Source: Paramicrosporidium saccamoebae KSL3 (taxonomy: Eukaryota; Fungi; Cryptomycota). Taken from it: DNA of 32,000 nucleotides. The DNA lies in the NCBI GenBank assembly GCA_002794465.1, contig MTSL01000097.1, positions 1-32,000 of the forward strand, in the 5' to 3' direction. This document shows positions 1 through 9,790 of the stretch, in pieces. Within the stretch, counting starts at the first letter, position 1. The number at the start of each line of letters is the position of its first letter. Under the pieces are notes generated by a model that saw nothing but the letters and a program-made list of their open reading frames with translations, was not told where the DNA came from and searched no databases. The position numbers and the translations under genes were made by a program.

Positions 1-96
1 GTTCAGACCGTCGCCACTCTCTTCCGGAAGAAGACTTTTAATGGGTTTCACTCCGGCTGAGAAGACAAAGGGTAAAAAAAGTAACAACGCTTTCAT
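1..96 (-). CDS. 5' end of a putative secreted protein, truncated by window edge (MKALLLFLPFVFSAGVKPIKSLLPEESGDGLN...)
   Basis: ATG at 96 on minus strand, 32 open codons to base 1; M-K-hydrophobic core-SA pattern of a signal peptide. Not in ORF track. Confidence 0.6.
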   Translation of the reverse strand, partial: MKALLLFLPFVFSAGVKPIKSLLPEESGDGLN

Positions 97-558
97 ACTA
101 CACCCGCCAAGTTGCCCCTTCCACTATATATGCCGATATTACAAGCTGTCTGATTGAAAGATAGAATCGCAAGCGAGATGCAGTGCAACCATTGGCTACA
201 CGGGAGACAAGAGCCACCTATTTGGGGCCTAATCAGATGAAAGTTCCAGGTCCATATAATACGGTTTCTATTTCATAAATCCAGCTCTCGCTTAGCGCAT
301 ACAACAAGTAATTCCTCTATGAAAACTGAAGAGTCGCTACGAAGCAGGCCTCGCATCCTCAAATCGTGACAAAGATTAGTCGAGGGACTCGGTCATGCAA
401 AATATGACTATACTTTTAAGTATCCACTGCGCCTAGTGCGTGGATTGGAAGAATTGACATTTGTCAAGCGCGTCGTACACATACGGGGTGTATGGGCAAG
501 ATAATCTGGTATTAAGGCTTTTAGGAATTTTCATTAAAACACCATTGCCACAAACACC

Positions 559-3500
559 ATGGGAGATGAATCGGTGTGGGATGGCAAGATATCCATTGAG
601 CACCAAATAGACATTCACGTACGTGACCTGTTACAATGCAGCCCCGCTGAACACCATGAAATCCTCACCGGCCTCCAATACGTCATGGAATATCGGGTGC
701 GCGGTCGTCAACAGCGGACGCTTGACCCCACAATCTGTGATAAATTAGTACGTGCACTTCTGATATCGACGGGTACACTGACCAAGGGCGGAATATTTGT
801 GGAACGAAAACTGACGACAGATGCAGATTTTGCGTTTGTGCTGCTGGTGGATTACTGTCAAGAGGTGGAGGAGTGTGCACAGTCGTTGGTGGGAATTCGA
901 CCTGAGGAATTACGGCTACGTCTACGATTGGGGAAGCGACTGGCTCAATCTTCGGAGCAGAATGTGAAAATGGCAACAATGGCGCTGCTCCGGTCTCTCT
1001 CTCCAGAATGTGATTGGAGGGAATACTTTGCAGAGTCGGAAGTGGAGACAGTCCGGACCATTTTGGAAGGGCACAATTTCTTCACCGATGGTAATCTCAA
1101 GGAGAAGCGAAGAACGACGACTGTGACATTACATCCACCGCCCGCACTGTATTTTGATCGCAGTGCCAAGAGAGTGCTGGACATGTTCCACACAAGCATT
1201 GAGCAGGGATTAAGTACTGAAGACGTCCTGCTCATCCGACCGGACTATGGTAAAAATGAGATTCCTTTGTTTATTGAAAAGCCCATTTGGAAAATGTTCC
1301 TTTCCCAATTGACTGATGTAATGATTGTCATTTTGACAATCACTGCCATAGTCTCGGCGGCCGTCGACTTTCCCAATATCGAGTCAGCCGTTGTTTTGGG
1401 CGTGGTAGTCGTTTTGAATGTAATTATCGGCTTTTGGCAGGAACTAAAGTCCTCCCGCACCATCTCTGCGATGAAATCGCTCGAGATCCCAAAGGCAAGA
1501 GTTTGTAGGGATGGACAGGACGAGGAAATATGCGCAACAGAACTTGTCCCTGGAGATATTGTCATTTTGGCTGAGGGCGACTATGTTCCTGCGGATCTGC
1601 GACTTGTGCAATGCAGTCGACTAGAGATCAAAGAAACCATACTCACTGGAGAAAATGACGGCGTTTCCAAGTCGATAAGACCTATCCGCGAACCCACCCG
1701 AAGACTTCAATTGGTGCGGTGTGAAGGAAATGCCTTTATGGGGACAATGGTTACTCGGGGCACAGCCATTGGCGTGGTAGTAAGGACTGGGGCGGCTACT
1801 GAGATTGGCAGAATAGGCGCCGCTCTCAATGAAAACACGGAAACGAAACCATCGCCATTGCAACGCAAAATGGGCATACTTGGAAAATGTCTCGTCTTGG
1901 CGGCAGTTGTTCTATGTGCGCTCGTCTTTACTATTGGTCTGATCCAAGGAATCGATATCCCTTCCATGACCCGACTGGCCATCAGTCTCGCAGTTTCGGT
2001 TATTCCAGAGGGTCTTGTGGCCATACTGACCGTTGGAATGGCTCTGTCAGTAAGGCGTCTTACCCGACGTGGCGTTTTAGTGCGACAGATGAACGCAATT
2101 GAAACATTGGGCTGCACATCTGTGGTGGCGGCCGACAAGACGGGCACTCTGACTGAGGGTAAAATGCGTCTAGAGGAGCTGTGGATCTTGGGAGAGGATA
2201 CCACCTTGGCCATGAACACGTGCATCCTCTGCAACAATGCATCGTTGCAAGGACACGGGGAACCCACCGAAGTTGCATTGTTAGAGGGAGTGTCGTCCCG
2301 TGGATCTCAGACAGAGGAGGTGCAGGCGAGATGGAAGCGATTGATCGAGATTCCCTTTGACAGTGAAAGGAGAATGATGAGTGTATTAGTAACCGAAGGC
2401 GACAAGAGTGATGAGTTGACCCTTTATTGCAAAGGTGCAGCAGAATCAGTGTTGGAAAAGTGTCAAAAGATTCTCGTCAATGGAGAGGTCCAGAGACTTG
2501 ATCGGGTGCATCTTGCAGTGATTGAGGAAAAGGAAGACTCTTTCTCCGACCGCGGACTTCGCGTACTTGCATTGGCCATGAAATCCACAGTGGATCTCAG
2601 CGGCTTCCCCGACGCATTTGATGCAGACAGTGAGGACCTGTCCTTATTTTCGTTCATGGAGAATGAAATGGTCTTTGTGGGATTAGTGGGTCTATATGAT
2701 CCTCCGCGCGAGGACGTGGCTGAGAGCGTTGCGCAATGTCAACGCGCCGGGATCAAAGTGTGTATGATTACGGGTGACCATTTAAAGACGGCTACTGCCA
2801 TTGCCACGCAGTTGGGGATTTACAATCAGGGCCGACCCGAACTATCGCGGGTGCTAAATGGCCATGATTTGGATCTGCTCAGCGTAGAGGTCATTGCAGC
2901 CCTTCGTCCATTCCCGTCGGTTTTTGCGCGGGTTTCACCCTCCAACAAACTGTCCATAGTGCAGGCTTTGCAGAGGAGAAACGAAACGGTGGTGATGACC
3001 GGAGACGGAGTTAATGATGCTCCCGCCATCCGACAGGCCAATGTCGGCGTCGCCATGGGACGCGGTGGCACCCAAATCACCCGTGATGCTGCAGCTGTCA
3101 TTCTTCTAAACGATGACTTTACCTCCATTCTCCATGCCATCGCTGAAGGACGACAAATGTATCGAAACGTGACTCTCTTCATTGTATATCTACTGTCGTG
3201 CAATTCGGCAGAAATCTGGACGGTTCTAGGCGCCATGATTGCAGGCTGGGACGCCCCCTTTTCTCCCATGAACATTCTTTGGGCCAATGTCATTGCCGAC
3301 ATTCCGCCCTCCCTTTGTTTGGGGCTCGAACGCGATCCAATAGAAGATTTGATGACCGATGTACCCAAAGTCATTGCTCCCCGAGTAGTGGGCTCTGCCA
3401 CATGGCTGCTGATTGCGATCAATGGGGCTACGCTGAGTGCACTTACTTTGGCCATGTACGGCACTTTACCCCCGGAAATGTCTCTAATTGAGCGTCGCTC

Positions 3501-3789
3501 AGAGGCCTTTGTGGTGCTAATTGGTCTGCAACTCATCATGGCCCTCATTTCACGGTCGATTCGCAAGTCTCTTTTCCGGGCTGGAATTTTGGGCAATTTG
3601 CATCTCCTGGCTGCGGTGATTTTCTCCTTTGCGCTGCTGATTGCGGGACTGTATATACCCTTTTTGGCGGATCTGCTTGATCTGAGGCCGGTCAGTGGAA
3701 ATTGTTGGATCAAGTTTGGGGTTGCCGTGGTGGTGATGGTGATTGTAAATGAATTCTTCAAAATGCTCATCCGAAGGGCCCGGCTCTAA
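559..3789 (+). CDS. P-type II (P2A/SPCA-like) cation, probably Ca2+, transporting ATPase, 1076 aa, intronless
   Basis: TGE, VIPEGL (TM4), DKTGTLT phosphorylation site, DPPR, TGDH, GDGVNDAP and C-terminal TM segments; in-frame TAA at 535 fixes the start. Confidence 0.95.
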   Translation: MGDESVWDGKISIEHQIDIHVRDLLQCSPAEHHEILTGLQYVMEYRVRGRQQRTLDPTICDKLVRALLISTGTLTKGGIFVERKLTTDADFAFVLLVDYCQEVEECAQSLVGIRPEELRLRLRLGKRLAQSSEQNVKMATMALLRSLSPECDWREYFAESEVETVRTILEGHNFFTDGNLKEKRRTTTVTLHPPPALYFDRSAKRVLDMFHTSIEQGLSTEDVLLIRPDYGKNEIPLFIEKPIWKMFLSQLTDVMIVILTITAIVSAAVDFPNIESAVVLGVVVVLNVIIGFWQELKSSRTISAMKSLEIPKARVCRDGQDEEICATELVPGDIVILAEGDYVPADLRLVQCSRLEIKETILTGENDGVSKSIRPIREPTRRLQLVRCEGNAFMGTMVTRGTAIGVVVRTGAATEIGRIGAALNENTETKPSPLQRKMGILGKCLVLAAVVLCALVFTIGLIQGIDIPSMTRLAISLAVSVIPEGLVAILTVGMALSVRRLTRRGVLVRQMNAIETLGCTSVVAADKTGTLTEGKMRLEELWILGEDTTLAMNTCILCNNASLQGHGEPTEVALLEGVSSRGSQTEEVQARWKRLIEIPFDSERRMMSVLVTEGDKSDELTLYCKGAAESVLEKCQKILVNGEVQRLDRVHLAVIEEKEDSFSDRGLRVLALAMKSTVDLSGFPDAFDADSEDLSLFSFMENEMVFVGLVGLYDPPREDVAESVAQCQRAGIKVCMITGDHLKTATAIATQLGIYNQGRPELSRVLNGHDLDLLSVEVIAALRPFPSVFARVSPSNKLSIVQALQRRNETVVMTGDGVNDAPAIRQANVGVAMGRGGTQITRDAAAVILLNDDFTSILHAIAEGRQMYRNVTLFIVYLLSCNSAEIWTVLGAMIAGWDAPFSPMNILWANVIADIPPSLCLGLERDPIEDLMTDVPKVIAPRVVGSATWLLIAINGATLSALTLAMYGTLPPEMSLIERRSEAFVVLIGLQLIMALISRSIRKSLFRAGILGNLHLLAAVIFSFALLIAGLYIPFLADLLDLRPVSGNCWIKFGVAVVVMVIVNEFFKMLIRRARL

Positions 3790-3800
3790 TCCATAAATGT

Positions 3801-4973
3801 TTATATTTCGTCAACTTGCATGGTATTATTGAGACGTGTCTCGATGGCAGAAAAGAGAAGATCCAGCACTTTGTGCGGATCACCAAAAGAAGTGTCTGTC
3901 ACTAGTCCACATAGCGATTGTAGCCACCGGAAGGGCACATGGCCCGCCTCCCCCGCTACAATCGATTCGTGGGGGGTGGTGAGTAGTAGAATTGGATCCA
4001 GCGGCAAGGACAACAGAATGGATTCCGATTCTTGTCGGCCCAGGTCGCGTTCTGATAATTCCAATTTTATCACCATCAGCGAGTCTGTGGCATCCGGGTC
4101 GTTGTGATAAAAGTACAACCGTGCTGTACCTTCAGTGAGGGCGAGTTCTGCCAGAATATATGCATGGGCAAATCGTCGATTGACTTTTCGGACATTTGTG
4201 GCAAAACGTCCATGAGTCCGAGCGGGCGCTCCCTCAGCAGGGCTCCTCGTAAGTGAGGAATCGTCATCCAAATGCTCCTCTCCTCCCTCTTCCTCCTCCT
4301 CCTCCCCCGCCTCTAGCTCCTCAAACCGCCACACCTGCAAATCATTCCTCGTCTCCATCACTCCCACTAGCTCTGCCCCCAGTCTATTCAGAGGTGACTC
4401 GCGCTCAACTATCCGTTCCGCCACAAAGAACTTGCCATGTGTGTTAAGGAACGGCTCCGCTGCCTTGATTATATTCTCCAATTGGTCGCGAAGCTTTTCC
4501 AGTTCCTTGCGTTTGAGGACGAGACGGCTACGTGACAGTTCAAGCGAGTCCTGCTTGGATTTAAGATTTTCTGAAAGCCGTTTGCGCGTCTCGAGCTCAA
4601 CCTGGAGACGGTGTAGCGTTAAATCGTGTTCATTGAGGTCCATGGCCGCAGGGTCGTCCTCCATGGAAATGGTCAGGTAGAGGGAATCATGCAATCTAGT
4701 ATCTTCAATGGTAGCCTCTAAATGCCGCTTTTCATAAAGCAGGTTTTGTCTAGACAGTTCGGCGCGGTCAAGGGCATTCTTGGCACTCTGCAGCACCTTT
4801 TTTCTCCCCCTCACCAGCAGCGACATGGCACGGTTTGCCTCGCGCAGCTCCAGAAGTGTCATGTTCAGACGTTTCTTTGCACTCACATCGTCCAAGCCAT
4901 CCACTTTCACCGCTCTGAGCTCGCTCAATGCCACCCTAAAACGCGTTGCAACGGCCTCAGAAGATTCATGCAT
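3801..4973 (-). CDS. THOC5: THO complex subunit 5 (FMIP/THOC5 family), ~390 aa
   Basis: N-terminal coiled coil with LSRQNLLYEKRHLEATIE, matching the THOC5 LxxQNLLYExxHL signature; first ATG at 4973 (the ORF track starts at an upstream TTG). Confidence 0.75.
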   Translation of the reverse strand: MHESSEAVATRFRVALSELRAVKVDGLDDVSAKKRLNMTLLELREANRAMSLLVRGRKKVLQSAKNALDRAELSRQNLLYEKRHLEATIEDTRLHDSLYLTISMEDDPAAMDLNEHDLTLHRLQVELETRKRLSENLKSKQDSLELSRSRLVLKRKELEKLRDQLENIIKAAEPFLNTHGKFFVAERIVERESPLNRLGAELVGVMETRNDLQVWRFEELEAGEEEEEEGGEEHLDDDSSLTRSPAEGAPARTHGRFATNVRKVNRRFAHAYILAELALTEGTARLYFYHNDPDATDSLMVIKLELSERDLGRQESESILLSLPLDPILLLTTPHESIVAGEAGHVPFRWLQSLCGLVTDTSFGDPHKVLDLLFSAIETRLNNTMQVDEI

Positions 4974-4980
4974 TTCGTCA

Positions 4981-4988
4981 GCCAATCA
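4981..4988. promoter_or_regulatory. GCCAATCA (CCAAT-box-like) 7 nt from THOC5 start
   Basis: Exact GCCAATCA; the same octamer recurs next to other start codons. Confidence 0.6.
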
Positions 4989-5167
4989 GGATGGAGGACA
5001 GAACGAAATTCGATTGGCGCCAAAATCCCCGGCCACTTGCCTTTTATATTCAGCCCCGCACGGTAATTAGCGACGTCGGTCGGTGCAAGTAGTGACACTA
5101 ATCACATATTATCGGTAAGAACCCATCCATCCTGCCGTCTCATCCTACAGTCTCTTAAAACTGAATA

Positions 5168-5963
5168 ATGAGCAACCAGAACCGCGAATCGCTGCTATTC
5201 CTCGCCAAGCTTGCGGAGCAGTCGGAACGCTTTCCAGGTGCGCCGTGTACAATGGTGTTTTGATGACGTAGACATGATGGAATATATGAAGCAGGTTGCC
5301 ATCCAGTCGGGGGAGCTGACTGTGGATGAGCGCAACATGTTTTCAGTGGCGTACAAGAATGTTATTGGGGGCCATCGGGCCAGCTGGCGCATCATTTCGT
5401 CGCTGGAACAGAAGGAAGAGACAAAGGGCAATATGGGACATTTGACATGCATTAAGGAATACCACAGCAAGATTGAGAAGGAGTTGGAGGACATTTGCAA
5501 TGATGTGCTGAACATTTTGACGGACAGTCTGCTCCCCAAGGCCACCACGGGCGAGTCAAAGGTATTCTATTACAAAATGCGAGGCGATTACTTCCGCTAC
5601 CTGGCAGAATTCCTGGTCAACGAACGCCGCAAGGAGGTGGCAGACAAATCCCTCGAGTCGTACCAGGCAGCCACGGAGATTGCTTCGAAAGACCTACCGA
5701 CGACCCATCCATTGCGTCTAGGCTTGGCACTCAACTTTTCAGTATTCTACTTTGAAATTATGAGTGTGCCGGAGAAGGCATGCCAGCTGGCGAAGCAAGC
5801 ATTTGACGATGCTATTGCACAGCTCGACTCGTTAAGCGAGGAGAGCTACAAGGACAGTACGCTGATTATGCAATTGCTGCGGGACAATCTGACCCTGTGG
5901 ACGAGCGATATGGATGATAGCGCAGCGGCTGAGAAGGCAGCAGCGGCTGAAGTGCCGCAGTAA
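5168..5963 (+). CDS. BMH1: 14-3-3 protein, 253 aa; exons 5168-5237, 5272-5963 (34-nt intron)
   Basis: Splicing gives [30 protein letters not shown]; [55 protein letters not shown]. Symbol is family-level. Confidence 0.97.
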
Positions 5964-6212
5964 TGCCACATAACCTGGCATGGCATGATTTGGCGTGGCT
6001 TGAATCGAATGTCGGATATCGGATCGATTGATAATTACGTAATAACTAACTGTTAATGAAATGTGGAATAAAATGACATGGTCAGAAAGCAGAGTTCCAG
6101 ATCGGGGGATGATTATTAAGGAGAGGATTTTTTGTCCAATATGACAACACATTCAACGTGATAGATTGGGGTTTTAATGCGACAGCACTTGGACTGAGAT
6201 TGGTCAAAATGT

Positions 6213-7226
6213 TTATTTGGTGCGCAGGGTGACACTGGAGATGAGGTCATTGAATGACTGCGACGTCACATCAGAGGGTAGGAAGGAGAGGGCGTGCATG
6301 GACTTTGATAGCAGATCTTCGGCGAGTTCTTGGGTTCGGGCCACTCCATTGCTTTCAAGAACCATTTCAATGACCTTTTCATGGTCATTGTTTTGAGAAA
6401 ATCCCCGACCCACATAATCTCTAATCACTGGAAACTCTTCCATGGCAAAGAGGACGGGGGCAGTAACGATGCCGTTCCGCAGATCGGCGCCAACAGGCTT
6501 ACCCAACTCGGTATGGGTGGAGGTATAGTCGAGCTTATCGTCAACGATCTGAAATGCCAATCCCAAATGCCTACCGAACTGATAGCACGCCTCTTGGACG
6601 GTCTCGTTATGACCCCCCAGGATGGCTACAGCCTTGCAACTCTTGGCAATTAGCGAGGCCGTCTTGAGATAGCTCTTCCGCAGATACACTTCTATGGAGA
6701 GCTTCTCCTCCACAGTCGCCTTCATCTGCAACATTTCCCCCTCCACCAAATCCTTAATCACCGTGGCCAGCAGAATGATAACCCGCAGATCGCCCAACTC
6801 TGCCAACGCCACTGACGCCTGCGCCAGTAAATAATCACCCGACAGCACTGCTGATTTGCTGCCGAATTTTACATTGGCTGTGGCCTTTCCCCGACGCAGC
6901 TCTGCATCATCCACCACATCATCGTGCAATAAGGAGGCTGCGTGGATCATTTCCACAATTTCTGCAAGATGATTATGGGCTGAGAGTGGCCCGGCAGGAT
7001 GCAGTGCTTGGGCCAACTGTAGCACAATGGCTGGACGAAGCAGCTTCCCCCCTTCCAAGTAGTAATGGTTCGCAGCAGTCAGAGAAGGCGACGAGGTGAC
7101 AACACGGGCGCGTATTCGCTCCGACAGGTCTGGACGAACGGCCGAATTGTACAACCGACAGCCGGCTGAGCTGTATAACCGGTGGACAGCTGAAATGTGC
7201 AGCCGATGGACAATTCGGCAGTACAT
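6213..7226 (-). CDS. COQ1: Mitochondrial trans-polyprenyl diphosphate synthase (ubiquinone side chain), 337 aa
   Basis: GGKLLRP, first Asp-rich motif LLHDDVVDDAELRRG, second motif FQIVDDKLD; Arg/Ser-rich, acid-free N-terminus. Confidence 0.88.
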   Translation of the reverse strand: MYCRIVHRLHISAVHRLYSSAGCRLYNSAVRPDLSERIRARVVTSSPSLTAANHYYLEGGKLLRPAIVLQLAQALHPAGPLSAHNHLAEIVEMIHAASLLHDDVVDDAELRRGKATANVKFGSKSAVLSGDYLLAQASVALAELGDLRVIILLATVIKDLVEGEMLQMKATVEEKLSIEVYLRKSYLKTASLIAKSCKAVAILGGHNETVQEACYQFGRHLGLAFQIVDDKLDYTSTHTELGKPVGADLRNGIVTAPVLFAMEEFPVIRDYVGRGFSQNNDHEKVIEMVLESNGVARTQELAEDLLSKSMHALSFLPSDVTSQSFNDLISSVTLRTK

Positions 7227-7255
7227 TAGAAGTGTCCCCTAATACCCATGCATCG

Positions 7256-7818
7256 ATGACAGTCACTTCCATCATTGGTGGCACCGAGCGGTATGATACA
7301 ATGGGGGTGATAAATGTATAGGGCTCGATGGGCATTGCTTATGGAACGTCTGAGTGACCGAGACGTCACTACCGTGTTGTGCAATACCGACCAGCGCATC
7401 CTTGACATTATTCCCTATCTCAACGAACCGCCGTTTCAGCTCGACTTTTTACGACGAATCTTTTTAGAAGAGTATTTTAATAGCCAAGGCCTTAATGGGA
7501 TGTAGAGAGTTGGTCACTGCAGAGGAAGTGTATCAATCTCCCGTTCAACTGATAATCGTTCTGAATCGCCCCTCGCAAATACTCCAGCCGCATGAAATTC
7601 CACGCTATCTAGCCTTTCTCTTAATGGCGTGCAAGCCCAAGGGGAGCGAAATATTCATTCTGGAGGACCGTGATCCCCAAGTCCTGTCAGTACTGCAGTA
7701 CTATTCGGACCGTTTTTTTCTCCAGGGCTTTGATCCCGACTATGCCCTCTGTGATGAGGATGGTGCGGTGCAATTAAAATTTATTGTCAACACAAGGGGA
7801 AAACTCATTGTTACATGA
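7256..7818 (+). CDS. 165-aa protein, candidate SWSAP1-like (Shu complex) RecA-fold protein; exons 7256-7290, 7322-7471, 7506-7818
   Basis: Two GT-AG introns (31 and 34 nt) join two ORF-track fragments into one frame. Family assignment is by remembered resemblance only (see findings). Confidence 0.65.
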
Positions 7819-7821
7819 ACA

Positions 7822-7927
7822 TGTCGAGACTGCAACTCTTGGTTGACGATCAAATACTTTGTGATGATCGTGTACTCTGTGCAACCGTGCAGTCTCAGGT
7901 TGACAGTAGCGCAGTCCCTCTGCGCTA
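7822..7927. other. Two adjacent hairpins (long multi-helix stem-loop plus 8-bp stem-loop); possible ncRNA or 3' cis-element
   Basis: Perfect pairs 7826-34/7888-96 (9 bp), 7841-45/7882-86 (5 bp), 7846-52/7865-71 (7 bp), 7907-14/7920-27 (8 bp). Confidence 0.6.
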
Positions 7928-8024
7928 ATCATGATGAAACTTACTACAATAGTTATAGGGTGGAGTGAATAAAGACTGATGGTCAAACACCTTATCCCAT
8001 CCCTTTGGCCGGGGTCTCATAGAA

Positions 8025-9614
8025 ATGACAGTGGAGGATATCATAGACTTTTCCTCCTTTGAACTAGATGCTCGACTTACACGGATCCTCCTCAGAAACA
8101 ACATTACCAAACCCACTCTGATACAGGAAAAGGCGATCCCACTTGCACTCGCGGGCAAGGATCTTCTTGCCAAGGCCAAAACGGGCTCTGGAAAGACTCT
8201 CGCCTATCTATTGCCCATCCTCCAGCGCTTGTTGACAGTGTCAAAAGCAGGAGTGAGGACCTTGATATTGGTACCAACAAAGGAACTGGCACGACAAGTG
8301 GCCGAGACGACTACCAGCTATTTGCACTATGCGCCCAAGGAACTATGTTGTCTGAACTTGGCCGGCGAGGAGTCGTTGCAGTTGCAAAAGTCAATGTTGG
8401 CTGTGCATCCATCGGTTCTCATCAGTACACCCAGTCGACTCCTTCCCCATCTCGACTCCAAGGCGCTACTCCTCGACTCGCTCGACTTTTTCGTGGTTGA
8501 TGAAGCCGACTTGGTACTGTCCTTTGGATACACCCAGGACCTGGAACGCATCGTGCAAGAATTTCTCCCTAAAACTGTGCAGACCTTTTTGATGAGTGCA
8601 ACGCTGACCGGTGAAATGGAAAAGTTAAAGTCTCTGGTGATGCGTAACCCGGTGATCCTAAAACTACAGGAGGCCGAGGAAGAGGACCAGAATTTGCTAC
8701 AACAGTATGTTATTCGATGCGAACAGGAGGACAAGTTTATCCTCATGTATGTCGTGCTCAAGCTGAAGCTTCTTAAAGGCAAACTGCTCGTCTTTGCCAA
8801 CGACGTGGAGCGCTGTTTCCGGCTGAAGCTGTTCCTGGAGCAGTTTGGCATCAAGACGTGTCTGCTGAATCCCGAGCTGCCTTTGCAGTCACGACATCAC
8901 ATTGTCGACGAGTTTAACCGTGGCGTTTACGATATTATTATTGCCAGTGACACTGAGAGCAGTGCAGTTGTTCCCAAAAAGGGAAAGAAGCATGGAAAGA
9001 CGGATAAGGAAGGTGGTGTTGCCAGAGGAGTGGATTTCCGACATGTCGATGTTGTTGTCAACTTTGACCTCCCACAGCGTGTGGATTCGTATGTTCATCG
9101 GGTGGGTCGCACTGCCCGCGGCGGTAATACCGGGACAGCACTTTCGTTTGTCTCGTCGACCTGTGATGAGACAATCCTGCGAGCTATTGGCGCAGACCAA
9201 GAACAGCGAGGCAGTCAGATTATACCGCACGAGTTTGATCTGAAACAGATTGATGGCTTCCGTTATCGCTGCAGCGACGCACTACGGGCTGTCACTAAGG
9301 TTGCCATCCACACTGCTCGTCTGCAGGCTGCAAAGGACGAGATTGTAAAGTCGGAGAAGCTAAAGACATTTTTCGAGGAGCGGCCTAAGGATCTGGGACT
9401 GCTACGACACGACAACAGCTCGGGCGTGATCAAGGCCAGACCGCATCTCAAGCACGTCCCGGAATATTTGCTCGCCTCTGAAGATGCCGACAAGAGGGCC
9501 AAGCTTGATCCTCTACCCCAAGCCGAACGTAATCCCAAACAGCAAAAATCAAGAAGAGGAAAATCGTTTATCAAGAAGAGACGCGATCCCCTCAAATCTA
9601 TAAAGAAGAAATAG
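8025..9614 (+). CDS. DBP9: DEAD-box RNA helicase DBP9/DDX56 (60S biogenesis), 529 aa
   Basis: AKTGSGKT, PTKELA, DEADLVL, SAT, ARGVDF, HRVGRTAR; C-terminal HLKHVPEYL and basic tail typical of DBP9. Confidence 0.93.
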   Translation: MTVEDIIDFSSFELDARLTRILLRNNITKPTLIQEKAIPLALAGKDLLAKAKTGSGKTLAYLLPILQRLLTVSKAGVRTLILVPTKELARQVAETTTSYLHYAPKELCCLNLAGEESLQLQKSMLAVHPSVLISTPSRLLPHLDSKALLLDSLDFFVVDEADLVLSFGYTQDLERIVQEFLPKTVQTFLMSATLTGEMEKLKSLVMRNPVILKLQEAEEEDQNLLQQYVIRCEQEDKFILMYVVLKLKLLKGKLLVFANDVERCFRLKLFLEQFGIKTCLLNPELPLQSRHHIVDEFNRGVYDIIIASDTESSAVVPKKGKKHGKTDKEGGVARGVDFRHVDVVVNFDLPQRVDSYVHRVGRTARGGNTGTALSFVSSTCDETILRAIGADQEQRGSQIIPHEFDLKQIDGFRYRCSDALRAVTKVAIHTARLQAAKDEIVKSEKLKTFFEERPKDLGLLRHDNSSGVIKARPHLKHVPEYLLASEDADKRAKLDPLPQAERNPKQQKSRRGKSFIKKRRDPLKSIKKK

Positions 9615-9790
9615 ACTGCAGAATGAGAGAGAGTATATAACGGATCAATTATAAACAATCTGTTGATAAACAAAAAGTGTGAGATAGGGGCCCAGGATTC
9701 CAACAGTGTCTGTTGATGCTTAAATTAGTTTTACTAAAGCATTTGGCGTTTTTTAGGCCGCCATTCTTAAGAAGGGATAGTGGAGTTGTA

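Noticed and set aside
236-495. RNase MRP-like (GAAAGTTCC/GGGACT), U3-like (GACTATACTT) motifs and small hairpins at 422-444, 453-466 and 474-492
   Set aside because: No GARAR or proper CR-V motif, no U3 box A; the short stems are within chance expectation.
683-3770. Long antisense or alternative-frame ORFs (for example 2826-3770, 1707-2267) and similar ones across the window
   Set aside because: Shadows of well-supported genes with no motifs of their own.
6108-6200. C/D snoRNA-like ATGATTA...GTGATAG...CTGA in the 14-3-3/COQ1 gap
   Set aside because: Imperfect boxes, no proper terminal stem and no rRNA complement that I can recognise; needs snoscan.
7931-7980. SECIS element (ATGA...TGAT)
   Set aside because: Helix II does not pair in either register and no apical AA lies at the right distance.
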